A stretch of 64,000 bases of DNA from Myxococcales bacterium. GTDB taxonomy: Bacteria > Myxococcota_A > Polyangia > Polyangiales > DASUME01. This document shows, piece after piece, positions 29,005-44,502 of this stretch. The stretch lies in NCBI GenBank assembly GCA_047601445.1, contig JASGJH010000001.1:3744001-3808000 (forward strand), read 5' to 3'. Position 1 is the first letter of the stretch. Every line of letters starts with the position of its first letter. The notes beneath the pieces are model-generated. The model ran no database searches. It was not told the origin of the DNA and saw only the letters and a list, made by a program, of their open reading frames with translations. The translations under genes were made by a program, and so were the position numbers.

Positions 29005-29703
29005 ATGGCAACACAGAAGAAGACAATCCTCATCGTTGGTTACGGGCCGGGCATCTCGAAGTCGGCCGCCAAGAAATTCGCGGCGGAGGGGTTCTCGCTG
29101 GCCCTGGTGGCGCGCAATGCCGAAAAGCTGGAGGCGAGCGTCCAAGCGCTGCGCAAGGCCGGGGTCGAAGCGACGGGTTTCCCGGCCGACGCTGGCGATC
29201 CGGCGGCGATTGGCCAGGCCGTCCGCGAAGCGCGCACGAGTCTGGGGCCCATCCACGTAATCCTGTGGAATGCCTATGGCGCAGGTGCGGGCGACCTGCT
29301 CAGCGCGCCGACCGAGGAGCTGCGCGCGGCCCTGAACGTGCCGGTGCTCGGCTTGCTGTCGGCGGTCCAGGCGGCCCTGCCCGACCTCAAGCGGGTCACG
29401 GATGGCGCCGTCCTGGTGACCAATGGCGGCCTGGGATTGCTCGACGCCAACATCGAGACCGTTGCCATCCAGTGGAATGCCATGGGCCTGGCGGTCGCCA
29501 ACGCCGCCAAGCACAAGCTGGTGCGCTTGCTCGCCCAAAAGCTCAAGGCCGAGGGCGTGTACGTCGGCGAAGTGATGGTGATGAGCACCGTGAAGGGCAC
29601 CGCCTTCGACAACGGCAGCGCCACGCTGGATCCCGACGCCATCGCCGAAACCTTCTGGAATCTCTACCAGCAGCGCAACGAGACCTCGGTGCAGTTCAAG
29701 TAG
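29005..29703 (+). CDS. Atypical short-chain dehydrogenase
   Basis: VGYGPGIS Rossmann fold, WNA; lacks the canonical YxxxK tyrosine. Confidence 0.88.
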   Translation: MATQKKTILIVGYGPGISKSAAKKFAAEGFSLALVARNAEKLEASVQALRKAGVEATGFPADAGDPAAIGQAVREARTSLGPIHVILWNAYGAGAGDLLSAPTEELRAALNVPVLGLLSAVQAALPDLKRVTDGAVLVTNGGLGLLDANIETVAIQWNAMGLAVANAAKHKLVRLLAQKLKAEGVYVGEVMVMSTVKGTAFDNGSATLDPDAIAETFWNLYQQRNETSVQFK

Positions 29704-30535
29704 CGCGGGGGGCCCCCAGGTCGCGTCCGTCCCGCGCGCGCCTGCGCCACGGGCGCCCCGAGCGCGCCAGGTCGGCCCGCGTGTCGCGCTCGAGCGAGCG
29801 CTTGGCCAAACGGAGCAACTCCTGGGATTCAGGGTGATCGCGCCCCAGCTCGACGGCCTTCGTCAGCAGCAGCGCGGCCCCCTCGAGTCGCGCGGCCTGG
29901 TGGCGCGCGCTGCGGCCCTGCCCAACCACGATGATCGCACCACATAGCAACGCCAACGTCACCAGACCTGCCAAGGTGATCAGCATGGCGAGCCAGCCTC
30001 CGCTGCCGTGGGTGAGGTTGCGCAGACCCGCGACGGGACCCGCGTCGGCGTCGTACCAGGCCGTGGTCAGTCCTTCGTTCGCGCCGTTCACCGCCCCGAG
30101 CGCGGCCGCCTGGGCAGTGCGGGTCAAGCTGCTCTGCAGTTTGGGATCGGCCAGCCCGTTGGCCAGGCCTTGCGCGATGCTGGCGAAGGCCTCGCGCGAC
30201 GCCTCCGAGTCCAGGGTCTGCACCATCTGGCGCGTCGCGGCGTTGGCCGCTGCTCCGGCCACCTGAGTGAGCTTTTGTTGCGTGCCGGGCGACGCCAACC
30301 CGCGCACGACTCCGTCTGCGATCTGCTCTCCAATCTTGGCCGTCGCCTCGGCGAGGCGAGGATCCTCCACCGCGTTCATCAGGTCGCGCTTGGTCTCCTC
30401 TCGGTTGAGCTCGGTCACCGATTGGTCAACGGCGGCTTGAGAGGCCTCACGCGCGGCCGATTTCACCGTGGGTGCGCAGGAGGCTGCGACGAGCGAGACG
30501 AACGCGAGGACGACCGACACGCGACGGGAATGCAT
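29696..30535 (-). CDS. Hypothetical lipoprotein with C-terminal TM helix
   Basis: VAASC lipobox; Ala-rich helices; hydrophobic segment. Confidence 0.7.
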   Translation of the reverse strand: MHSRRVSVVLAFVSLVAASCAPTVKSAAREASQAAVDQSVTELNREETKRDLMNAVEDPRLAEATAKIGEQIADGVVRGLASPGTQQKLTQVAGAAANAATRQMVQTLDSEASREAFASIAQGLANGLADPKLQSSLTRTAQAAALGAVNGANEGLTTAWYDADAGPVAGLRNLTHGSGGWLAMLITLAGLVTLALLCGAIIVVGQGRSARHQAARLEGAALLLTKAVELGRDHPESQELLRLAKRSLERDTRADLARSGRPWRRRARDGRDLGAPRAT

Positions 30536-30704
30536 GATCTCTGGAACTGCAAGACCAAGACCAGGGACACGGTCGAGTACGCGCAGGTCCAGTGAGCGCC
30601 CGTCGTCACGCCGGTAACGTGAGGCTCTGAGAGTCGCAGGCGGCAAGCCGCCACCCTCAGGCCTCTTCTTCGTGGGGCGTGCGGCGCACCCTCCGAAAAG
30701 CCCG

Positions 30705-30920
30705 CTAGGCTTTGCGAGCTGCCTTCTTCTTGCGGGCTCCCTTCTTCTTGCGGGCCCCAGCCTTCTTGGCCGCTCCGGCCTTCTTGGCCGCTCCGGCCTT
30801 CTTGGCCGCTCCAGCCTTCTTGCGCGTTCCCTTCTTCTTGCGCGCGCTGGACTTGGTGGCCTTGACCGCGCCTACGGCGCTGGCCTTCTTCTTGGTGCTC
30901 TTCTTTCGCTTCGCTGCCAT
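30705..30920 (-). CDS. Second small histone H1-like basic protein (71 aa)
   Basis: MAAKRKKSTKKK...(KKAGAA)3...RKKK repeats. Confidence 0.7.
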   Translation of the reverse strand: MAAKRKKSTKKKASAVGAVKATKSSARKKKGTRKKAGAAKKAGAAKKAGAAKKAGARKKKGARKKKAARKA

Positions 30921-31097
30921 GGTCGCCCCCGGATGCTCTGTTCGAGCAACGTCGTTCGCAGGTTGCTCTATCCTGGCGCGCTTCTCGCGGGTGAAACAAG
31001 CGAAAGAAACATCGGGAGCGGCAAGAAAACGAGCCCGCGCGCAAGCGCCACAGGATCCGCTTTCCCAAGCTTGGAACAGCCCGTGACGCAGATGATT

Positions 31098-31113
31098 TGG
31101 CACATGCGCTGCA
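31098..31113 (+). promoter_or_regulatory. Sigma54 -24/-12 promoter
   Basis: TGGCAC-N5-CTGCA with correct GG/GC spacing, about 40 bp upstream of the 31152 start. Confidence 0.65.
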
Positions 31114-31151
31114 ACCTCATCGCTCGATCCCGTGCGCACAAGGAGAACGCG

Positions 31152-31391
31152 ATGACCCCAGCACAATGCGAAACCTGCGGAAACACGTACGACAAGACTT
31201 TCCAGGTCGTGAAGGGCGGCGAGACGCACACCTTCGATTCCTTCGAATGTGCCATCCATGCGCTCGCCCCGCGCTGCGCTCACTGCGGTCTGCGCGTGAT
31301 GGGCCACGGCGTGGAGAAGGACGACCGGGTTTTTTGCTGCGCACACTGTGCTCAGCACGAGGGCGTGGATGGCATGCGCGACAGAGTCTAA
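31152..31391 (+). CDS. Small Cys-rich metal-binding (metallothionein/TRASH-like) protein
   Basis: AGGAG SD; CETCGN.YDK.F, FDSFECAI, CAHCG, FCCAHCA. Confidence 0.85.
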   Translation: MTPAQCETCGNTYDKTFQVVKGGETHTFDSFECAIHALAPRCAHCGLRVMGHGVEKDDRVFCCAHCAQHEGVDGMRDRV

Positions 31392-31402
31392 TCAGTGAGC
31401 CC

Positions 31403-31494
31403 CCCGTACCCGCACCCGTGCCGGTGCCCGCTCTCTTCGGAGATCGCTTACGAGCACGGGCAGTAGCAAGAGCACGAGCACGGGCAGGGTCACG
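31403..31494. repeat. Imperfect palindrome of 6-bp units (CCCGTG-like / CACGRG-like) between convergent genes
   Basis: Left arm cccgtacccgcacccgtgccggtgcccg; right arm cgagcacgggcag...cacgagcacgggc. Confidence 0.6.
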
Positions 31495-31538
31495 CGTGCG
31501 ACCCAGCAGGGAACAGCACGCGTGACCTCCCCGTGATC

Positions 31539-32043
31539 TCAGCGCGTCGCTTCCGCGCAGCGCCCGGGGCCCTTGTCCGCGGAGGTCTTGCTCAGGCTCT
31601 TGGGGAGCAGCTCGGCATACCCCTGCTCGATGGCTTCGGCGAAGCGCACCTTCATCCGCTTGCCCAGGTCTGCGAGGCCTCGGAACCAAGCTTCTTCTCC
31701 ACTTTGGGGAACACTGCCTTCTCCTCCTCCCGAACATGGTGCCCGATGAGCTCCTTGAGGCAGGTGACACGGGCGGCGAACACGCTGTCGTCGTCTGCCT
31801 GCAGCAGCGCTCGAGCTCCAGCGCGGCAATGGCGTGCTCTTCGACGCTCTCCGCAAACTCGGCCTCGAACTCATGCACGGTCGGATAGAAGAGTTCCTGC
31901 TCGATGGTCATGTGAGCAGCCAAGTTGTTGGCCAGCTCGTTCAAGAGGGTCTCGTCGTGTTTCTTCTCCAGCTTTGCGAACAGCTTTGCGAACAGCTGTT
32001 CGACCTTGCGGTGCTGCTTCTTCAAGAGCTCGGTGGCCAGCAT
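31539..32043 (-). pseudogene. Hemerythrin-domain protein with two frameshifts
   Basis: LLKKQH, HMTIEQELFYP and EEH in frame 1; HHVREEE..VFP in a second frame (shift near 31808); LGKRM in a third (shift near 31678); 12-bp duplication giving LFAKLFAK. Confidence 0.8.
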
Positions 32044-32253
32044 GAGACGCTGCTTGTACTCGCGGAGTGAGCCGCGACATTTTGCCCCGCTCGCACGTCG
32101 GTGCCCCGGCGCCACGACGCGGACTCGCCTGCGTTAAGGACACCTTCCCAACACGGGAGGTGCCCTGGCCTACGCCCCGGGGCGATTGCCGTGGATGTGC
32201 CCTGGTCGAACGCGTCGAACACGCCCGCGGCGCAACGTCGCCGCGCGAGGGGC

Positions 32254-33807
32254 TCAGCGCAGGAACCCGGTCTGCACCAGGGCTGCGCGCAAGCGCGGGT
32301 CGTCGCGCCCGAGCGGTGGCAGGTACGTTCCCACGAGCTCCCGCTTCCACCAGCCTTGTTCGGAGGGCGCCGCGAACCGATAGCGGTAGCGCAGCACGCG
32401 CACGTAGCGTGGCGAGCCGCTCTCGAACGGGTCGCGCGCCAGCAGGGTCCGCAGCTGGGCGTCGCCATGCAAGAGCTTCCAAACGAAGTAGAGGGTCCAG
32501 GGGGCATCCTGGGGATCGCCCATGGCCGCGAACCAGACCTGCCAGTCGAGCCGCGGCTGGTAGGGGCTAATGACGCAGGGCGCACGCGCCGGATCGCCGG
32601 GCTTGCAGGGGAATTCATAGGCGCGCCAGTCCGCGTCCAGGCTGGGTGTCGCGTCCGAGGTGCCCTCGAAGATGAGTTCGTCCCGCTCACGCCCCACGCT
32701 GCCAAAGGCCCCATAGGTATTGACCAACATGAAGGGATCGTACGAACCGTTCATGCGCTGGCGGCTCGCGAACAAGTTCAACACCGGGTCCACGCTCAGG
32801 AGCGCTACCAAAGCCAGAAGGCCCACGTTCAGCGCGTGCGCGAGTTTCCCGGCAGTGCTCGTCTCCACGAGCCGTCGTCGCAACTCGGCGGGGGTCACCC
32901 GCCGCAGCCACGCGTCGTCCAGGCAGGCCACCAGCGGCACCAAGGTCAGCCAGTTCAAGAACGAGAGGTTGCCGCTCACGATCAACGTGACCTGAAAGAC
33001 GATCATCACGAGCGCAGACCAGCGCCGAACGCGAGACGGCGCGAAAATCAGCAGCGGACACAGGAGCTCTGCGACGTGGTTGAACACCACGCCCGCTGCG
33101 TGCACTCCGTGGGGGAGGAAGTGGAAGGCCACGCTGAGCGGATTGGGCAGCGGCTGCGTCTCGAAGTGGAAGTCGAGGCAGGTGAGATCACGCCAGCAGG
33201 GGTCCCCGCGCAGCTTGATCAGCCCTGCCCCCAGCATCACGCGAAAGGCCAGCCAACGCAGCAGCCAGACCACGATTACCGGTGCGCGGGTGGACGGGAA
33301 GGCGCGCGCCCCGCGCAGTGGGCACAGGAAGATCGCCAGAAAGCCCGTCTCGAGCAGTAGGAGCTCCCAGCCATAGCCGTACCAGATCTGGCCGATTGGG
33401 ATGAACGACAGATAGATGGCCCACAACACCAGCATCAGCCCTGCGTTGGTGATGCCGCAAAGCAGCGCGCAAGAGAGCGCCGTTCCGAGCAGTGCGAGCC
33501 CGCGCAAGGCCAAGTCGCTGGGCGTGATCAGGAAGAACAGACTGGGCTCGCGCAGGAAGGCGATCGCCGCGGATCCGTAGCCCGCGCTGGCATCCGACAC
33601 GTAGGTCGCTGCGGGGGTCAGGCCCGTGCGCCCCAGCAAGGGAAGCACCTGATGGCTCATGGAGGCGTAGGCCGCGAGATAGACCAGGCCCAGCAAGCGC
33701 AGCACCCAGAAGCGGACGAGCTCGTGCGGCTCCGAGAGGCCGAGCCAGCGCGAGAGCGCCGAGGGCGGCTGCCAGCGCGCGAGTTCTTCGGTCTGTTCGG
33801 GGTCCAC
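32254..33807 (-). CDS. Lipase maturation factor (LMF1) family membrane protein
   Basis: YGWELLLLETGFL, GLIKLRGDPCW, HFETQPLPNP, NTYGAFG, YEFPCKPG, PRLDWQVWFAAM. Confidence 0.95.
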   Translation of the reverse strand: MDPEQTEELARWQPPSALSRWLGLSEPHELVRFWVLRLLGLVYLAAYASMSHQVLPLLGRTGLTPAATYVSDASAGYGSAAIAFLREPSLFFLITPSDLALRGLALLGTALSCALLCGITNAGLMLVLWAIYLSFIPIGQIWYGYGWELLLLETGFLAIFLCPLRGARAFPSTRAPVIVVWLLRWLAFRVMLGAGLIKLRGDPCWRDLTCLDFHFETQPLPNPLSVAFHFLPHGVHAAGVVFNHVAELLCPLLIFAPSRVRRWSALVMIVFQVTLIVSGNLSFLNWLTLVPLVACLDDAWLRRVTPAELRRRLVETSTAGKLAHALNVGLLALVALLSVDPVLNLFASRQRMNGSYDPFMLVNTYGAFGSVGRERDELIFEGTSDATPSLDADWRAYEFPCKPGDPARAPCVISPYQPRLDWQVWFAAMGDPQDAPWTLYFVWKLLHGDAQLRTLLARDPFESGSPRYVRVLRYRYRFAAPSEQGWWKRELVGTYLPPLGRDDPRLRAALVQTGFLR

Positions 33808-33836
33808 TCGGCGCAGTATAGGTCAGCTCGCAGGCC

Positions 33837-34682
33837 CTACTCGAACAGGCGGCAACCCGGGTAGTTGGCGCTGAAGCCGTACCAGCGCAGAAAGAGCTGC
33901 AAGGGGCGTCGACCGTCGGACGTCACTGCGAAGGGCACGCCATCCCTGGGATTGATGGCGACCTTCAGCGTCATACCCGCCCAGCGGTCCTCGATGGCGC
34001 CCGCGCGCAGGCGGTCCTTGGGATAGAAGGTCGCCTGGTCCTTCACGATGACGCCCAGGCCCTGCGCGAACTCCGGTTGGCGCGGATTTGCAGGCGCCAG
34101 CGTGCGGCGAAAGCCGGGCGGGAAGAAGCCGCTTCCGCGCACGGCGCGCATGCACATCATGCTCATCAACCACTGCTTGAGCTTGAGCTTCGAGACCCAA
34201 ATTCGCGCGCAATCGGAGCGCTCGAGCTCGCTGCCCACGGTGGTCATGTGCAGACTGTGAGCGTCAAGCTGCTTCCCTGCGAGCGGACCATGGAGGGCGC
34301 GCCCAGTCATGTGATCCCAGTAGGTGCCGGTCTCGTCGTCGATGAGCAGCGCGACGCCGTTGTACAGCCCCCCGGTGCTCAGGTGCAAGCGGCGCCCCTC
34401 GACGCGCGGGTCGAAGCGCACGCCGCTGTGGCAGATGGCGCAGAAGGAGATCACGAAGGGCTCTCCCATCAGCTCGCCCTCGGCCACGTGGTGGTAGCCC
34501 AGTTGCCGGAGTAGAAAGCCGCGACGCTGGCCCGCCAGGTCGAAGACCAGCAGCTCCTCCTGTTGAGCCACCCGCAACGTCTGGAGCGCCACGGCGGGGT
34601 CAGTCACCCGAAAGCGCTCGAAGAAATCGGGGCGCCCGTAGAGGTCAGCGCGCTCGATTTCGAATGTGGCGCTGCTGCTCAT
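33837..34682 (-). CDS. DUF3179-domain protein
   Basis: HHV, FCAICHSG, GLYN, DDETGTYW..TG.ALHGPL.G..L, WYGF. Confidence 0.85.
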   Translation of the reverse strand: MSSSATFEIERADLYGRPDFFERFRVTDPAVALQTLRVAQQEELLVFDLAGQRRGFLLRQLGYHHVAEGELMGEPFVISFCAICHSGVRFDPRVEGRRLHLSTGGLYNGVALLIDDETGTYWDHMTGRALHGPLAGKQLDAHSLHMTTVGSELERSDCARIWVSKLKLKQWLMSMMCMRAVRGSGFFPPGFRRTLAPANPRQPEFAQGLGVIVKDQATFYPKDRLRAGAIEDRWAGMTLKVAINPRDGVPFAVTSDGRRPLQLFLRWYGFSANYPGCRLFE

Positions 34683-34737
34683 GCCGAACGTCGTCCAGGT
34701 GGTACCTTCCAAAACGGTGGCACAACCGGCTACGCGA

Positions 34738-35493
34738 ATGAAGTCATGTTTCCTTGCGCTCACCCTGGTGATGGCTTCGCTCGAGCTCGATCAGCGCGCG
34801 AGTCACGCCGAGGACGCTGCCCCCGCGCACTCCGCGGCAGCCGAAGTCAGTGTGAGGCCCGGTGTCAACGCGGACTACTTCAAGCCCGACGCGTTGAGAA
34901 AGTTCACAGGCGTCCTCGAGACCGAGAGCCGCGAAGTCGTGCGCGCGCGAGCCACGATTTTGGCGGCATTGCGGCTCGAACAGGGGAATCGCGTGGCCGA
35001 CCTGGGAGCCGGCACGGGGCTCTTCACGCTCGAGTTGGCGCGCGCCGTGGGGGCCAAGGGCCGAGTGTATGCCGTGGACATCGTGCCGAGCTTCTTGGCT
35101 CGTATCGGCCAGCGCGCACGCCACGCGAAGCTGAGGCAGGTGCAGACGGTGTTGGGCCAGGAGCGCAGCCCAGGATTGCCGCGCGCCAGCGTGGACCTCG
35201 CCTTCATGTGCGACGTGTACCACCACCTCGAGTATCCGCGGGCCTATCTGCAGGCGGTGCGCGCCGCGTTGCGCCCGGGTGGCGAGCTGGTCGTGATCGA
35301 CTTCAAGCGCATTCCCGGCCAGTCCAAGCCGGCAATTCTAAAGCACGTGCGCGCCGGAGAGGACGAGGTCCGAGCCGAGATTGAAGCGGCCGGCTTCGAG
35401 TTCGTGGGCGCGGAGCCAAACCTGTTGGAGGAGAATTATTTACTAAGGTTCCGGGCGCGCGCGAGCCTTGAGCGCCCGCCACTCAAGGAGTAG
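34738..35493 (+). CDS. Class I SAM-dependent methyltransferase, possibly exported
   Basis: VADLGAGTG, YAVDI, DVYHH, LRPGG. Confidence 0.9.
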   Translation: MKSCFLALTLVMASLELDQRASHAEDAAPAHSAAAEVSVRPGVNADYFKPDALRKFTGVLETESREVVRARATILAALRLEQGNRVADLGAGTGLFTLELARAVGAKGRVYAVDIVPSFLARIGQRARHAKLRQVQTVLGQERSPGLPRASVDLAFMCDVYHHLEYPRAYLQAVRAALRPGGELVVIDFKRIPGQSKPAILKHVRAGEDEVRAEIEAAGFEFVGAEPNLLEENYLLRFRARASLERPPLKE

Positions 35494-36178
35494 GCGTGGC
35501 CTGCGCCGCAGCGCTCCCCTGGGCGCGCGCCGTCTGCTTGATGCCCAGCATCCAGGAGTAGAGCTCGGGATCGTCGTAGGCCCGAGTCCAGCAGTCGTGG
35601 GCCAGGTCGTCGTACAGCGTGTACTTCACGGGTGCGCCGACCCTCTCCAGTGCCTCCACCATGCGCTTCGATTCACTCGGGAGCACCACGGTGTCCTTGG
35701 CTCCGTGAAAGGCCCAGGTCGGCAGCCCCTTGAGTCGCGCGGCCCAGGCAGGATCACCGCCTCCACACAGCGGCGCGAGCGCGGCGAAGCGCTCTGGCTG
35801 TTCGGCGGCCAGCTGCCATGCGCCGTAGCCGCCCATGCTGATCCCGGTGAGGTACAAACGCTCGGAGTTGATGGCCGCCTCGGGCACCACCTGGTCGAGC
35901 AAGTCGGAAAGTCCGGCGAGCATGGTGCGCCAAGACACCCCCGCCGGACACTGCGGGGAGATGGTCACGAAGGGCAGATTCTTGCCGCGCTCGATCAAGG
36001 CGGGGATGGCGGTGTTCGTCAAGAGACGCAAGTCCTGGCCACGTTCGCCGCTGCCGTGCAAGAAGAGAAGCCCCGGGCGAAGATCGTTGGCGAACCCGGG
36101 TGGCTCGTGGATCAAGTAGGAGAGCTTTCCGACGCGAGTATCCACGGAGCGTGCGCGCTGCAGCGCGAAGTGAGCCAT
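35483..36178 (-). CDS. Alpha/beta hydrolase (esterase/phospholipase-like)
   Basis: FLHGSGERG, SPQCP, TGISMGGYG, FHGAKD, HDCW triad motifs. Confidence 0.92.
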   Translation of the reverse strand: MAHFALQRARSVDTRVGKLSYLIHEPPGFANDLRPGLLFLHGSGERGQDLRLLTNTAIPALIERGKNLPFVTISPQCPAGVSWRTMLAGLSDLLDQVVPEAAINSERLYLTGISMGGYGAWQLAAEQPERFAALAPLCGGGDPAWAARLKGLPTWAFHGAKDTVVLPSESKRMVEALERVGAPVKYTLYDDLAHDCWTRAYDDPELYSWMLGIKQTARAQGSAAAQATPTP

Positions 36179-36260
36179 GTTCGACCTCCACCGTCTCGGC
36201 TGGACGCTGCGTAGCATACCGGGCTTTGCGCGGAGCGCGGATCACGCGGCGAAGCGACTC

Positions 36261-36509
36261 TCAGCTGTGGGAGTCGCCCTCGAGCGCGTGGAGCACCTCT
36301 TCGAGTGCGTCGTGGGGGGTCGGGTGCAACGCCGATGGCTCGACGCTGGCGTCCGGCTCCACCCCGTCCTCACTCAGGAAAACGGCCGCGCGAAACTTGC
36401 CCGCCTCGGGATGCACCAGCACGCGAGCACCTGGCCAGCAACGCGCCGCCTCCTGCTCGCACCTCTCGCGCAACCGCTCGTCGGCTCCTTGGAGCGCTAC
36501 TTCATGCAT
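36261..36509 (-). CDS. Small hypothetical protein
   Basis: 82-aa acidic ORF co-oriented with its neighbours. Confidence 0.45.
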   Translation of the reverse strand: MHEVALQGADERLRERCEQEAARCWPGARVLVHPEAGKFRAAVFLSEDGVEPDASVEPSALHPTPHDALEEVLHALEGDSHS

Positions 36510-36552
36510 ACCCGAGAAAGTGGTTCCCGGGGGGCGCGCAGCAAGACCGGGA

Positions 36553-38163
36553 CTAAGCCGCCGGGCCGTGTCCGCGCTGGTCGAGGCGTTGCACGGTCTG
36601 GAGCAAGCTGCGGAGTTGGTCCATCCCCACCGGCTTGACCAGGTGGTGCTGGAAGCCCGCCTCGAAGGAGCGCTGCCGATCCGCCTCCATGCCCCAGCCC
36701 GTGAGCGCCACCATCATGGGTGCCAGGGACATGCGCCGCACCACGTGGCGGCACAGCTCCACGCCGTCCATGCCCGGCAGGCCGATATCGCATAGCACCA
36801 CGTCTGGTTGCGTCTCGGTGATGGCCGCGAGTCCATCGGGGCCGTTGTGCGCGACGAGCACGTTGTGGCCCAGCAGCTCGAGCCAGGTCGACATCAGCTC
36901 CGCCGAGTCCTCGTTGTCCTCCACCACGACCACCCGCAGCGCCGCGTTGCAAGGCAGGCGCTTGGCTACCACGACCGACGGACGCTCGCTGGCCTTGGGC
37001 AAGTTCCCAGTGGGCAGCGTAAGAATGAAGGAGGAGCCCTTGCCCTCCCCCGCGCTCTCCACGTTCAGGCTCCCACCGTGCAGCTCGGCGAGCTGACGCG
37101 AGAGCGCGAGCCCGATGCCGAGGCCGTCGGACGTATCGTTCGAAGCGCGCTCCACTTTGGCGAACATGGCGAAGATGCGATCGATCTGGTTGGGCGGGAT
37201 GCCGAGCCCGTGATCCGTGACGCGGATCACCGCGGAGCTTCCCGCGCGGCGCAGGTCGATGTTGATGGTGGTGCCAGAGGGCGAAAACTTGGAGGCGTTG
37301 TTGAGCAGGTTGCCCACGATCTGCGTCACGCGGGTGGCGTCCACCGCCGAGCGCACAGACTCATGGGCTTGGAACGCCACGCACTGATCGCGCCGCTCGA
37401 TGAGCGGGCGCGAGGTCTCGATCGCATCTTCGATGACCCTGGAGAGCTCGATGGCCGTGGGTTGAATGTTGAGCGTGCCCCGGCTGATGCGGTTGACGTC
37501 CAACAGGTCGTCGATGAGGCGGACCATGTGCGTGAGCTGACGCTCCATGGCCCCAAGCGTGCGCTTGGCCTGCGTGCTCTGCACCGGCTCGTGCATGAGG
37601 ATTTCGAGCCCCGTCCGCAGCGGAGCGAGTGGATTGCGCAGCTCGTGCGCAAGCGTCGCCAGGAACAGGTCCTTCTGCGCGTCTGCCGCGCGCAGCGCCT
37701 CCTCCGACTTCTCGAGCTCCGCGGTGCGCTCGCGGACGCGCGTCTCGAGGTTCTCGTTCAACTCGGCCAGTGCGCGCGTCTTGCGGTACAGGTCCGCGAA
37801 GATCCCGATCTTGTGGCGCAGGATGGCCGGCTTCACGGGCTTGGTCAGGTAGTCCACGGCGCCCGCGCCGTAGCCCATCAAAACGTCCTGATCCTCGAGC
37901 AAGTGCGCGGTCAGGAACACGATGGGAATCTGCCTGAACTTCTTGGTGCCCTTGATCATCTTGGCCAGCTCGAAGCCGCTGACGACCGGCATTTTGATGT
38001 CGAGCACGATGGCCGCAACGTCGTGCTCCAGCAGCAGGCGCAGGGCCTTCTCGGCGCCGTCCGCGCGCAACAGGCGATAGCTGGGATCGTCGAGCACCGC
38101 CTCGAGCGCATCGAGGTTCCGCTGCTCGTCGTCCACGAGGAGAATGTTGACGGTCTCTGTCAT
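36553..38163 (-). CDS. Hybrid histidine kinase (REC-HisKA-HATPase-REC)
   Basis: LLVDD, LAHELRNPL, NASKF, GLGIGL, C-terminal receiver; GGAGGAG SD. Confidence 0.95.
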   Translation of the reverse strand: MTETVNILLVDDEQRNLDALEAVLDDPSYRLLRADGAEKALRLLLEHDVAAIVLDIKMPVVSGFELAKMIKGTKKFRQIPIVFLTAHLLEDQDVLMGYGAGAVDYLTKPVKPAILRHKIGIFADLYRKTRALAELNENLETRVRERTAELEKSEEALRAADAQKDLFLATLAHELRNPLAPLRTGLEILMHEPVQSTQAKRTLGAMERQLTHMVRLIDDLLDVNRISRGTLNIQPTAIELSRVIEDAIETSRPLIERRDQCVAFQAHESVRSAVDATRVTQIVGNLLNNASKFSPSGTTINIDLRRAGSSAVIRVTDHGLGIPPNQIDRIFAMFAKVERASNDTSDGLGIGLALSRQLAELHGGSLNVESAGEGKGSSFILTLPTGNLPKASERPSVVVAKRLPCNAALRVVVVEDNEDSAELMSTWLELLGHNVLVAHNGPDGLAAITETQPDVVLCDIGLPGMDGVELCRHVVRRMSLAPMMVALTGWGMEADRQRSFEAGFQHHLVKPVGMDQLRSLLQTVQRLDQRGHGPAA

Positions 38164-38172
38164 GGCTCCTCC

Positions 38173-43668
<5,496 letters not shown>

Positions 43669-44034
43669 GGGGCTCCCTCTTTGGGCCTAACGCTCAGGGC
43701 TTCGAGTGTTGCACGGGAACAGGGTGGCGCGTAAGGGTCGAACGCCGATCCAGCGGCATGCCATTTTGCTTTGATTCCAGCCGAGTGAGCCACATCTCAG
43801 CCCTCTCGCGTCACGCTACGCGCTGTTCGAAATTCTCGGCTTGGCCGAGCAGACGATGTGCGTGTGGAAAGGCAGCTGGATGACATTCAGGGCCTGACTT
43901 CGGACAATAAAGCCTCGCAAGAACGCCACAGCCCATCGAAGCGACGCAGATTGCCTCACTGGCTAGCCCGCAAAAGTGCCTGCAATTGGCCTCAAACCAG
44001 ATCGATCGTCCGCGCGAACGTGTATGGTCGAGTC

Positions 44035-44442
44035 ATGTCCTCGAAACCGCCCCCTCAGCCGACCGTGTTGGTCGCGGACGATGACGACGATTGCCTCCAA
44101 TTGCTCTCGAGCATGGTGCGAAGGCTCGGATTCGAAGTGCTCGAGGCGCGCAATGGACGCGAACTCTGCGAACAGGCAGCGGAGCGCTACGCAGCCGGCA
44201 GAAACTTGGCAGCTATCGTGACTGACGTCGGGATGCCCGTTTGCACGGGTGTCACCGCGGCGAAATGGATCGGCGCGCTGACCCCCGAGGTGCCCGTGAT
44301 CTTGGTGACCGCGTACCGGGGCACTGCGTTGTGGGAAGAAGCCGCCGCGGCAGGCGTGCGCCGCATCCTGCCCAAGCCCTTTACGGCCGAGCAGCTCACC
44401 GAAACCTTGAAAGCCGTGCAGCAGAAGACCACCAGCGTCTAA
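44035..44442 (+). CDS. Single-domain response regulator
   Basis: LVADDD, TDVGMP, VTAY, KPF. Confidence 0.88.
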   Translation: MSSKPPPQPTVLVADDDDDCLQLLSSMVRRLGFEVLEARNGRELCEQAAERYAAGRNLAAIVTDVGMPVCTGVTAAKWIGALTPEVPVILVTAYRGTALWEEAAAAGVRRILPKPFTAEQLTETLKAVQQKTTSV

Positions 44443-44502
44443 CTGTCTGCGTAGTCCACAGCCCGCGTTTTCGTACGCGTGGACGAGGATTAGCCGCCCA
44501 AA

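Noticed and set aside
33837..34682. Selenocysteine in the DUF3179 protein
   Set aside because: The motif is CAIC with no in-frame TGA.
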